Shown: positions 13,421 through 24,360 of the stretch, piece after piece | Position numbering within the stretch: position 1 is the first letter of the stretch | How the letters are laid out: each line of letters starts with the position of its first letter | DNA from: Chlorokybus atmophyticus | Lineage: Eukaryota > Plantae > Mesostigma and Chlorokybus algae | Direction of reading: 5' to 3' | Length of the DNA stretch: 64,000 nucleotides | Assembly (NCBI GenBank): GCA_009103225.1 | Contig: RHPI01001616.1 | Location: forward strand, 671,096-735,095 | Notes under the pieces: model-generated | Told to the model about the DNA's origin: nothing | Database searches by the model: none | What the model saw: only the letters and a program-made list of their open reading frames with translations | Position numbers and translations under genes: made by a program

Positions 13421-13679
13421 ATCGTACTCCTAATCAGCATAATCTAAATAACAAGTTAAAAGCTGAACTGCATTGATGTAAGTGGATGTCGTTCCACGTG
13501 TCGCAAGTTTTGACATATGACTAGCTCAGTTTAACCAAAAAGTATAAAAGTGCAATTCTTAAAACTAATATGCTATTGCAAAGCATTTGCATTAAAATGT
13601 GGAGCACTTATATGGGGACTGCAAAATAGCTGTGTGTATTGAAATGGTACACACTTGGCACACGCAACCCTCGATGAGA

Positions 13680-14060
13680 TCGTTGAGGACTTGATTGCAT
13701 ACTACTGGATTTGGTCCAAAAAATTTGCGCTTCAAGCCTTCAAGTTTGGTGTTGTGAGTGATTGTGGGTGAGGCTGGATTGTACATGTTACAACTTTCGA
13801 TATAGTGAAACGATGATCGGCCATAGCTTGTGAACCATTGCTTGGTTTCGCGTGCGGATTGTTTAAAGCAATTTTGTTGTTGAAAGGTATATGGAAAGCG
13901 CTTGGTTGAGATGAATACTTCACATTAAGCACATAACCTTTGACAAGACAAATTAACACATATTGACACTTTTGAAATGCACAACACTTGTGCTTGTGCA
14001 TTTTTGGACTTTTATTGTTGACGGCTTGTATCCTTAGATCACATGGCTGACTAAGAAGCG
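13680..14060 (+). mobile_element. Relic homologous to the 5' leader of LTR element 2
   Basis: Shares TTCGCGTGCGG.TTGTTTA, GACACTTT..TGCACAAC..TGTGCTTGTGCA and TTGACGGCTTGT.TCCTT with 43085-43290. Confidence 0.6.
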
Positions 14061-14539
14061 GAACATGTGAGGTATCTTCCCATGCTTGACCTGTCATCAA
14101 CATTGAGGTTTACCACACTCGTTTGCGCAAGCAAGAAGTGGGTGATCCGCATGTTCGGACACGTGTTGACGAACAACATCCCGCTATGTGTGCGTGGTGA
14201 TCCAAAAGTGGATGCTGTGATGATTATACACGATAAACTACTCCCATCGTGTCCCATTGTGTCCGATTGTGGTGCCCTAACCCCCTTACTCCCTACTCCC
14301 ATCGTGTCCCATTGTGGTGCCTTAACCTAATACTCCCAATCCCGTTCGTTTCCCTGGAAGGGAAACGAACGGTGTTTAGAACCCTGGTGAACTTAATGGT
14401 AAAAACCGAGAATACCGTTACAAGAATGTGGTACTTAAGCTTGGGACCTAACTTGGAAGACAAGTTGGCTGATCGCCGATCTTGGCGAGTGAAACTGGCT
14501 GCGCGCCTTGACTGACCGCAGTCCAAGTTGATTATCACT

Positions 14540-16060
14540 AATGATCAACTCAGAATAGCTCTCACAATGCGTCAACAGACGGTGCACGTAACAGGTGCGA
14601 GCCGCAGCAGGCGTAGCACCACAAGCAAGTGTGGCACCAGTGGGAGGCAGGAATGTCTTCCAAAAGCAGCGCCTTTTTGGCTGCGTGCGCACTCGGCTGA
14701 AGGTAACGCTTGTCAAATGCTGAGCTAATAGCAGACGTATCAAGTGTAAGTCGAAGCAGGCGTAGCACCACTTTAGGTGTAACAGTCGAGGCCAAGTTTC
14801 ATGATTTTAGGACCTTTTTTGGCCCATTTAAGCACCACGTTGTAATGACTTGTGGCAGATATGGCGACTTATGAGTCTGCCGCGGATATCGACCGGGGGC
14901 TCTGGACTAGTCCGGAAGGTGCCAGAAAACGGAGGGCCAGTAGAGACGGGCTCGACCAGATTTCTGGAAGGGCATGGCGCCAAGTAGTAACTTGACCGTA
15001 TGAGCACCTAATCAGGAGATCTTTGGTGCGTACGAAAGGTCTAGAAGTATACTACAAGATTTTGCAATAACATCTTAATATCTAGTTTTGTGTAGCACGG
15101 GAATCGTCTAGACAGTAGCATGTGCAGACTGGTAGGCTTAAAAGCGACATTCTACAATGTGCAGTACAACCTGTAGCTCCCTAGTTTCTTGTGTGCAAGC
15201 CTGGTGGTGGTTAGCAGGGGTTGCTAGCGTGTGTCCACTGGTGTGTGCTTGCTTGTGTGACGAATTAAGGCGCTACACAAGTGTATATATAGCTTCAAAC
15301 GCATGCGCGTGCGTACGCAAGTGGCGGGGCGCGCGTGTGTGCTTAGCAGAGGGGGCAAGGTTCCGGTGTGAATACTGTGTCTTGGTGAGAGGGTTGTTGA
15401 TTGGACCAACTCACATGTGACAAGGCACGAGCACCGTCACATTAGGTCACATTAGGTGTGGCCCCAATGGGAGGCGTGAATGTCTTTGTCTTCTGCTGCG
15501 CGCACTCGGCTAAAAGCAACGCTTTCCTCCCACCCCTTGCAGCTTGGCCGCAATTGCCACATGTAAGCTTCTCCTGCATCGCGATGTCATTATGGTACAA
15601 ATACACGCTCAATTTCCACAGCTTGGCCAAGTTTTTGAAATCCAAGAAAGTCCCATTGCTGTGCCACAGTTGTATGAGAGCTGATCGCGCATACGTGCAT
15701 CCAAGCTGTGGGCATGAGGCCACTTTCAATGTTTGACGACCCACACAACTTGCTGAGCTTGATGAGAGCGTGAGTAGCCCGAGTCCATGCCACCATAGCG
15801 TTCCACAAAAAACCGGGATAGTGCCTGCATAGACTTGGCCGCACCTTCTATTGTCTGCCTCGCTTATTCAGCGAGAGCGTTAGATGACATGTGCAACTCT
15901 GCATGTGCTCACCAACTGAGCGCTGTAATGCTGTCGAATAGTGCTTACGAATGTTCACCGAGTCATTGATGCTGACGCTACTATTGAGCTTAAACTTCGC
16001 AGCTTGCAGGCAAGGCGCTGGACTGGACGCGCTGAGGCATCACGGGATGCGCCGACGCTG
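14540..16060 (-). pseudogene. gag: Decayed gag related to element 2, interrupted by a solo LTR
   Basis: Minus strand matches element-2 gag: GAACGCTATGGTGGCATGGACTCGG vs GAGCGCTATGGTGGCATGGACCCGG; AGTGGCCTCATGCCC; GCTTGGATGCACGTATGCGCGATCAG; peptides SAHAAKK and GATPAAARTCYV. Confidence 0.7.
14778..15441 (+). mobile_element. Solo LTR of the element-1 family
   Basis: TGTAACAGTCGAGG..CCGTCACA, colinear with 8535-9207; 5-bp TSD TTAGG (14773-14777 / 15442-15446). Confidence 0.93.
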
Positions 16061-18060
16061 TTTGCAATACAGGCGTCTACTGCTGGCAGGCAAGAGGCGA
16101 GCCTCACGCGGGGCACAGGTCTAGCTGCATCTGCGCCTATGGCAGTAGTCACTGAAAACGGTCATCAGAGGCGACATAGGCGCACGCAGCAAACTATGCA
16201 GCGCAGCGGCATACACGTAGCTAGCATGCTCAAGCCAGCAACATAGTGTGGGCATGCAGGCCGCAGGCCTTTACACAGTGGTGCAAAGCATATGTAATTA
16301 TATACACACAGCGAAATAATAAAAACACTGCAATTGCACATGAAAGCACGGCCGCGTAGGCTGCAAAGAGAGAAACAAACCACACGAATCCAAATGTTCA
16401 CACACACGCTGACTACTCACGCACTATCTTCTGCAGAGCCTACAGCATTCTTCCGCCATGGCCGTTTGTTTTGCTGGCATCACGTGGCAGCGTTGTGCGT
16501 GATTTCTCAGGCGGCGCACACCTGTCTCTCTCAGGGGTGCAGGCGTGTAGTTGTCCTGTAGGCGGTTTCGCTGGCATGCGTTCTTCTTACCAACCCTCTT
16601 ATGCAACGGCAAGCAACAGTGCGCAGCATAAGAACGACATGCGTACACGCATGGCCCGGATGGCAGCAAGCATGCACAGCGCCGGTGACAAGCAAGACAA
16701 GTTACAGTTTTAACTTGATGTTGAACATACAATGGCACAGCTGCTGGCCACCATGCATAGTCCGCCCTTAAAGATAAGCATCTGGCGATGTATGAAATTG
16801 GCTATGGTGTTGAGCAGCAGTACGCAAACTTCACTAGTGACATATATGCTAATGTAATATCCAACAGCTACACTTGGTTAACACACAATCTGCATGTAAG
16901 ATGGTCATCGATTCCACGCTATGCCGCACGTCTCAAATTAGGGTTAGGGTTTAAGCCAGGGTTTTTATGGATGAATAGGCTGCACACGCAAGTTGCCATT
17001 TGTTAGCGCAACCATATGACAGGGAAGACTGTACTAAAACAAACTTGATCCCGGACAGCCCCGCCTTGCAAGCAGGCAGCTCATCCTTTGCTATAACCCG
17101 TACTTTGACCTTAACTCTAATCCCAACTTCTTTCTTGATGAGAATGTTCTTTTGCAAAATCAACTCATGCTGCAAAACCACTTTGTTATCGGTTGAAGTG
17201 CTCCATTAGATTAGTTTCAATCCAAACTGAGCATTACTAGTCACATGTTCAATACTCTATGGCTGAATGTCAGCTTCCTTACGAATTGTAGCCAACATCG
17301 GATCAACATTATTTGCGTTGCACACACCATTACCATAACTCGTCTTTATTGTATTGTAATGGTAATAGGTTAATCAATAGGTGGCCTTAATGTAATCTTG
17401 TCATATCAGGTTTGAGGGTAGACCAATTGTCGGGCCAGGCGTCTACGTGAACCCGTCCTTCTCGAGATGTGGCTGTCAGCTGCTGATGGTGTGCGCAGTG
17501 ACGATGCTGTCGATGTACGCAAGGCCAAGGCTGTTGTAGACAGCTGAACGCAGCTGAAAAGAGCTCCCACCCGTCATAGCTGAGTGTAAAGGAAGCTATG
17601 TAGGCAGCAAGCCACCCCTCACGGCCCTTCCACGATAGCAAGATGCATGTGTATGTGTGTATGTACGTGGGTTTCCTGTTAAGTATGAGCTATGGGTGCT
17701 ACTAACAAGTGTGATAGTAGACCCTGACTGATGCGTGTGTATGCTCAACAATGCAAGCACGTGCAGCTAGTGTGTAAGGCAAATGCAATGTGCATGTGTG
17801 TGCTTTGCATCCATACACAACACACAACAATCACAAACACATCAAGCTCACGTGTAATCCTTAAATTGCAGAGGTTGGGGTGTTGCTCAGTCCTTGCTTC
17901 GTACTCACAGTCTTGCTAGGTAACAATGTAGCTAAGTCTGCTGCTTATACAAGTACAGCCACATCTACTTCTACAGTTGTGCAGTCCTAACAACGGCTGA
18001 TTGTGAGTTCAAGCGATAGAGCCGTTAAAACTCGATGCAGTTCGAGCTGAGCCAGAACAG

Positions 18061-18109
18061 CTACGATGGTACCTACAATGGTACCTACGACGGTACCTAC
18101 GATGGTACC
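18061..18109. repeat. 12-bp tandem repeat (CTACGATGGTAC)x4
   Basis: CTACGATGGTAC CTACAATGGTAC CTACGACGGTAC CTACGATGGTAC. Confidence 0.85.
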
Positions 18110-21100
18110 CACAACTCACGACCATGGCAGTCGTACGACGCGTGGCGCGCGGACTACATCCTAATAACAGAAAGGGGGCTAGGCATGGTTGAGGGGATTT
18201 TGCGGACGTTGACGAATAGCATGACACAATCAAGAACATACACTGTTCCCCCCCCCGATAACTGTCTCTCGCCTCACAAAACTTAAGATTTAAATTTGCG
18301 ATCATTCTTTCTTCTCTCTACGAGGATTACCACTCAATCTATGCAGGGTCAATGGCAACGTGGGGTGGCTCTTTAGAACCTGTTGAGGGGTAGCGTTTCA
18401 CCTGAGTTTTGTTGCTCTCTTCAAGAGCACTAGCGAATTCCGCTGCATGATCCACCGCTGCGGCTTGGCGACGCGTTGAGGGTTTTCGCTGCAGTGGACT
18501 GGGTATCGCACCCTCCTCGTCCTCATCATCATCCTCATCTTCGTCCTCGTCCTCGACCTCGTCCTCTTCCCCTAGTTCTGCTAATCCTGCTCCTCTTGAT
18601 CTTCCTGCTCCTCGAAATCGTGATGCTCTGCGTGTTCAGGTATGCATTGTTAAAAATTGGCTTACATAGTTGCACTATTGAGTGCATATTATTGAACAAG
18701 TTCGGTCAGCTTGCAATGGCTAAGTCCTTAATGTACTAGTGGTTATGGTATGAGGCCTAATATCGAGCAGTTGTGAGTTTGGTGGCCGATAGCTGGATAG
18801 TGTGCAACGCGGAGTGTGAGCAAGCCCGAAGACTGCGGACTTGGCTGAGTCTGGCGCAGGCTGGCGCTCAGAATTCCAGACCAACTCGTGTGGAGTTGGT
18901 CTTATGGCGCGTGGCATAGCTTGTTGGAAAGCGTGTGAAGCTATGTAGCAAAACTCACATCGCCGCGTTTAGCTGAGTATAGCTTACATGGTGCTTGATA
19001 GAGTGAGCATGTGTAGAGACTGGCGGGGTACAAATGGCCGTGAAATCATGGTATTTTAAGCTTGTTGTGCGTGCTTATGCTCATGGTTTAGCCTGCGTGT
19101 GTCTCGGTGTTTGCACCAGCTCCATGCATGTGTAGTAGTTTGTCCGAATCTCAACCTGCATACCCGCCAGTTGTTGCGTTTCTTCGTACAGTTCTTTGGT
19201 CTGCAACATGGCAGGGTTAGTACGCATGTTGCAGTATGGATTCAAAGCTGTTGAGCAAATTTAGCAACTCACATATCCTGGAATAGCTCTTACGTCTGCC
19301 ATTTTGCAGTTCTTCAAGTTTGGGACTGTGGGATTGGCGTAAGGGGGCAGTTGCTCATCCTGCAACACGCCACTGCTGGTGAGTTGCAGGAGCGTTTTAG
19401 TCATGTCCCGAAACTTCAAGTAGGTTAAAAAACCAAGACAGTTGCACTCATAATACAGCTGATATGCGCAATATACAAGCAGTGGCTGTCAAGTCTCTAC
19501 ACCATGCGCGAATGCGCTATACGCATGCGCGCAATGCATAGATTATTGACAGTTCAGGCAAGATGTTGCAAAAACTTGGATCGAGAATGCCTGATGATTC
19601 TCACCGTGATGGATTGCTGGAATTGCCAACTTTTCAAGTGTGGCCTTGTCCTCCCTCCCTCCCTTGTTGCTGAGCACGCGAATCATTCACCACACAGCAC
19701 CGTCCCAATGCTGTCTAATTTTCGTGGACTTGGTCTCTCCCACGCTAGGTCGGCCATCTGCATCACGACGACTAGCGTGCACGTTGCTCTTATTGTCAAG
19801 GCAGCCCCATATGAGTTGCGGCGATGTGGACGACCTCCTTGAAGCCATGGTGTACTGCCTGGGACTGTCCTTATGCCAAGAGACTGTCGACGCCTACCCA
19901 ACAGCACTCTAAACCAAGCCCTTCACCCCGATCTCCGCTCAACAATAACAACAACCATGCCAAAGGTCTTGCAATGCTTATGTACGCCGCCAACCCACTG
20001 ACAGCCGTCCATTCCTAGGTGAGTTCAACCCTAATTTACCGACAACCGCATTGCTCTCTTGGCAAGTTGCATTGTTGCGCGGCTTGTGCGGCTTGTGCGG
20101 CTGTCCATGCAAGGCACTGGTCCGTCAGTCCCTATTGATAGTCAATAGCTTGGGTTGCTCACTTGCTGTGTTGCCAGAAAACTTGCTTCCGCTGTGTTGT
20201 TCGCTAGTCGCTCAGCTGTTGAGGGTGAGCAGGTTGCTTGCAAGTTTAAATGCTGCATGCTTGCTTGCATGACACTCCCTGTTGACAGTCCACAGCTTGT
20301 GTTACCCCTAGTGTGAAGTCAAACTGTCCTTGCACTAAGTTCACTTTGTTTGTTCAGGCAGTCCAACTGACATTATGACCACTGGGGAGGCAAGATAAAT
20401 GCCCGCTGCAGCTGATTGCTTTAGAGCAGAGGGGAACCACTTGCTGGGCCATGGGAGGGCTCGCATTTCCTATTGAAACTTGAGTTCAAGCATATGCGCA
20501 CAACGCATATCAACAACCTGACGAAGCTAAAAACAGAGATGCTGAGCAAGTGGCCACTACCTTAAGGCATGAAAGGCATAGACTTCAAGCAGAACGCCCA
20601 GCACCGGCAGGAGCTGCACGATGTCTGCGACTTTGTCTTGCAGGCATTTGAGCCACTGGTCTTTGACGCAGACCACACCCTGAAATGGACCAAAGGCAAG
20701 CTGCTAGTAGAGTTGAGCTATGTTGAAGCAAGCTTCCAAGCAGCATGGCATTTACTCCTCGGTTTTACTGTGTGTCCTTATCTGTCTTGCCTTTAACAAT
20801 CCTGCAGAACGTTTATGCTTGCAATTGTCGGTTGCTCAGAAGCCGATTGCGTTATGCTCTTTTCCAAGCTGTGGTCTGCTTGCTGATAGCTTCCCGGGGA
20901 CTGTCGCTGCTGTGTCTCACCTGCTTGAGTGTCGGCAGCTTAAATCAAGAGTTATGTACTTCAGCTGCATTACCATGTTAGCGACAAGTGTGGCAGTGGT
21001 TACAGGAAGAACACGGAAGAACGCAATGCTGCCAAGAAGCAAAGGCGTTCCAGCGACAGGGAAGCCTCACAAGCTAGCAGCGCTACTGAAGCTGCTTTTT

Positions 21101-21240
21101 ACTGGAGCATCACTTTTTTGATTGGCAGGGACTTGAGGGCCAACCAGCAGGTGGTCATGCTTGCGCCTTTGACTGCTGAGCCTCTAAGAGACGCTGGGTA
21201 CCGAGCCACTTGGCTGAAGAGGTAACTATTGTGCTGTCGG

Positions 21241-22003
21241 CTATTTATCAAGTTCTACAATCCTCACTGGTTTGCTTAGCTGTTGCCTCTGGCTGCGCAC
21301 TGGCTTCACGCATGCTGCCTGCTAACAATAAATGACCTGACAGGGGTGCGGACGGGTTAAGGATCAGGTGTTTGACATTGCCAACAACGCAGTACTTGTT
21401 GGCGTCGCCACCATTAAGTGTCCATATGCCAGCCAGAATAATCAATGCGACGTACAATGTCTGTGTTACCCACTGGATGCCAGTGAGAAGTGAGGATGGC
21501 AACCTTGGCATTCGCCTACCTGTGAAAAACAGGAATCTGCGCAGTGACATCTTAGCAAGCAGCTGCCATAATGGGCGTTCTCTGAAGGTACATTGCACGC
21601 TGTGGCTATGCACATGCTCCTGCTGTTACTATATGGTGGAGTGCATAAGGAATTCTTGTGTTGAACAATTAAACATGCAAGACAAGGAGATGGAGTAGCC
21701 CATGATGTTCTTGGCCGGCGGAGGCATCTGTCCATGTAAGGCATCAGGCAACGACAATCGCATTGTGGTGCCGGGTTGCATCAAAGACATATTGTCTGCG
21801 ACCGCAGCTCGGCACAGCACAGACACAGCCACAAAGGTTAAGAGCGGCTGTTGTCAGCGCACGGCATGGCTTATTGGCACGCGTTTGCGCGCACACTTAC
21901 AACAGCACACATACCATCTCTTACATCACAACACACACTGTCTCCAACTAGACATTGCTCTCCGATCGACACGGACAGTCACACGCACACATTCACACCA
22001 TGC
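21241..22003. repeat. 763-bp near-identical direct repeat, copy 1 (copy 2 at 28600..29362)
   Basis: Identical ORF translations at offset 7359; only a handful of substitutions seen by eye. Confidence 0.93.
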
Positions 22004-22166
22004 TTGTATGGCGTTTCGTCACGCCACACGCTTGTGGTCCCCCTCACATTACTTGACAGTCGCAGGTTGTCACCATAAGGACAGTCGCCAATGCATCCTA
22101 TTGACTAATGTATGACATGTGCAGACTGCTGGAGCAATCTCCGATTTTAAAGATTAAACAGTTGCA

Positions 22167-22448
22167 ATGGACTTGGACCTTGCAGCTGCGATTGTTTGCT
22201 ACACCAAACTAAACGCGCCCACTAAAGAGCAGGCGATGGATGTGTACAAGTACCACCAGCACATTAAGCACGCGGTGTTCGACATTTGTCACCAGCTGCC
22301 ATTTAAGAACCCTGACGAGATGGAGGAAGACCCAGACGAGCTAATCTTGCGAGCCATTGTCAGCTTTGCAGCAAAGAAAAAGTGGTTGGTGGCCAACGAT
22401 GAGGTCGAAGGATGGTGCGAGTGGCGATATGAATGTCGCAACTACAGG
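22167..22448 (+). CDS. Putative exon of an unknown (probably transposon-associated) gene
   Basis: Protein-like ORF MDLDLAAAIVCYTKLNAP..WCEWRYECRNYR ends at a GTATG donor. No recognisable domain. Confidence 0.3.
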
Positions 22449-23041
22449 TATGCATATTGAACTGCAAGTCATTGACAGTCCTTGAGTAGTTGTTAAGATG
22501 ACTACACATTGCAGAGCTGCTGAGCGAGGCAAGGAAGAACAAGCCATGGCAACCCAAGAGGCAGTGGATGCAACCACCCTCATCATCCTAGGTGGGTGAT
22601 TATCTGTGCTACAGTTACATGTGTGTCTCAATACTATACGTCTTGTGTAAGCACATCCAGGCTTACAGGTGTTTCGCAAAAACCATCCAGCACGAGTTGG
22701 CTGGAGGGGCTGTCCAGCAAGGGTGTCCCTGGCACTTGAGGTTGTCGTTGGCTCCGAGGCTGGGAGTCAGCATGCAACAAAAGGCTTGCCAGGAGTGGCT
22801 TCACATGGGGTCTAAAGTACATGTTGCCCAGGTGAAGGTGCATCACAACAAAGTTGCTGTTGTCAGCTGCGACTGTCAACAGCAGCGTGCAGTGCATAGT
22901 AGGAGACTGTGGGCATAGTTTCATGACGCTAGCTCGATACTGATGATCATGAGCTGTCGATGGACAGTCCATTACAGCATTTTTGTGAATTGTATGCGTG
23001 GAGGATTGTATGCACCAGGAATGGTGCATAAAACAGCGCTC

Positions 23042-23586
23042 ACACCATGCATGGCTCCCATGGATGTGACATCATGACAGACCATGCTTGGTGAACCAAA
23101 TTAAGGTAAACCGCACCATGTATGGTGCGGTGTCTGGCAGGTTCATACATGGTGCTGCTTGTGCAACACCTGGACGGTAGCCATGGACCATTTATGGTGC
23201 GACTGTCAATTAGACTGGCACCACACATGGTTCACAATGCCAAGAGGGTAGCGCACCATGCATGGTCCGTACAATCTCAATAACAAACAAGCCTTCCGGT
23301 CCTTATCCATGGACCAGCTATGGTGCGACTGTCAGTCACCGGACATGAAGCAAGTAATAAACCATGCATGATCCACTATTACAGGGGGCATCGCACCATG
23401 CATGGTCCACATATCTCATGTATACTGGCCACCATGCCTGGTGCGTCCTAAGGGACATGGGGACCTATGAAGTGAAATTCGGACCATGCATGGTCCGACT
23501 ATCGATGAAAAATCGATCATGCATGGTCCACCGATTTCACTTAGCAGGGGAAATCCGGGTCCTGCGTCACGGATCATTCATGGTCC
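23042..23586. repeat. Array of ~12 palindromic ACCATGCATGGT-like motifs (subterminal-repeat-like)
   Basis: CCATGCATGG variants occur at ~23045, 23081, 23115, 23186, 23255, 23314, 23361, 23395, 23431, 23483, 23517, 23573. Confidence 0.75.
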
Positions 23587-23989
23587 TTTGACGTCAGGCG
23601 GTGTGGCAAGGATAGCTAATCAGTAGTCACCAAGGGAAAAGAAAAGCTAGGCATTAGCCATGCTATTTAGCGAGTAGCTACAAATAGTACTGGAGGGGAA
23701 CGGGTAGGAGCAAGGGAAAGGAGCGGGGAGTCTTAAAGAGGGGACATTGTAGAATACAATGCTGTATAAGGGAGGGGACGGGAGGTAATTAGAGGTGGGA
23801 TATAAGGAAGGGGAGACTCAGTCTTTAGGCTAAGAGCTGCGGGGAAGAGGTAGAGAACAGGTCACAGAGCACACTGTGTCATGAGGTTGTTGCAAGCCCA
23901 TGTGGCTTAAAACTTGGCGGAGAGCAGTAGGCGCTTGTCGTCTGCAAAACCGTGGAGAGCATTCGCTGCCAATCCCCTTTTGCCAGGGT

Positions 23990-24360
23990 GAAGATAGAGT
24001 GCGAGAGGAGCTGGAAACAGTGATGTCGATTAGGAGAGGTGTGGTCGAATTGGGAACGGCTCTGTGTTAGCTATATGTGCCATAATATTACATGCAAGAT
24101 GCATTGCCAAAGGGAGACGATGGAGAGACGATGGAGGCCTCCCACCATGCCGCGAGGGGGGCGGAGCACAAGTGTGGCAAGAGTGAGGGTGAAAGGCCTT
24201 TTCTCGGGCGCGCCTCCAACGCCTCTTCACACTTTGGCGAACCACGCCCACACTTCCTGGCTAAAGGCGCAGTCGACAAAAAGGTGAGACGAGGTCTTAA
24301 CCAAGCCATGAGGACACGACACACACTCCCCCTCTTCCATGATGTATCCCGTGTAGCGGG
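23990..24360 (-). mobile_element. 5'-truncated, decayed LINE (L1/Tx1-like) ORF2 C-terminus
   Basis: Minus-strand CVSCPHGLVKTSSHLFVDCAFSQEVW (zf-RVT-like C-x2-C..HLF..C..VW), followed after a frameshift by ILWHI*L..S..F. Confidence 0.6.

Noticed and set aside
18476-18739. HHHPHLRPRP ORF as a real protein
   Set aside because: Antisense reading of an acidic (GAG/GAT-rich) tract on the minus strand that itself has stops; I could not build a gene model.
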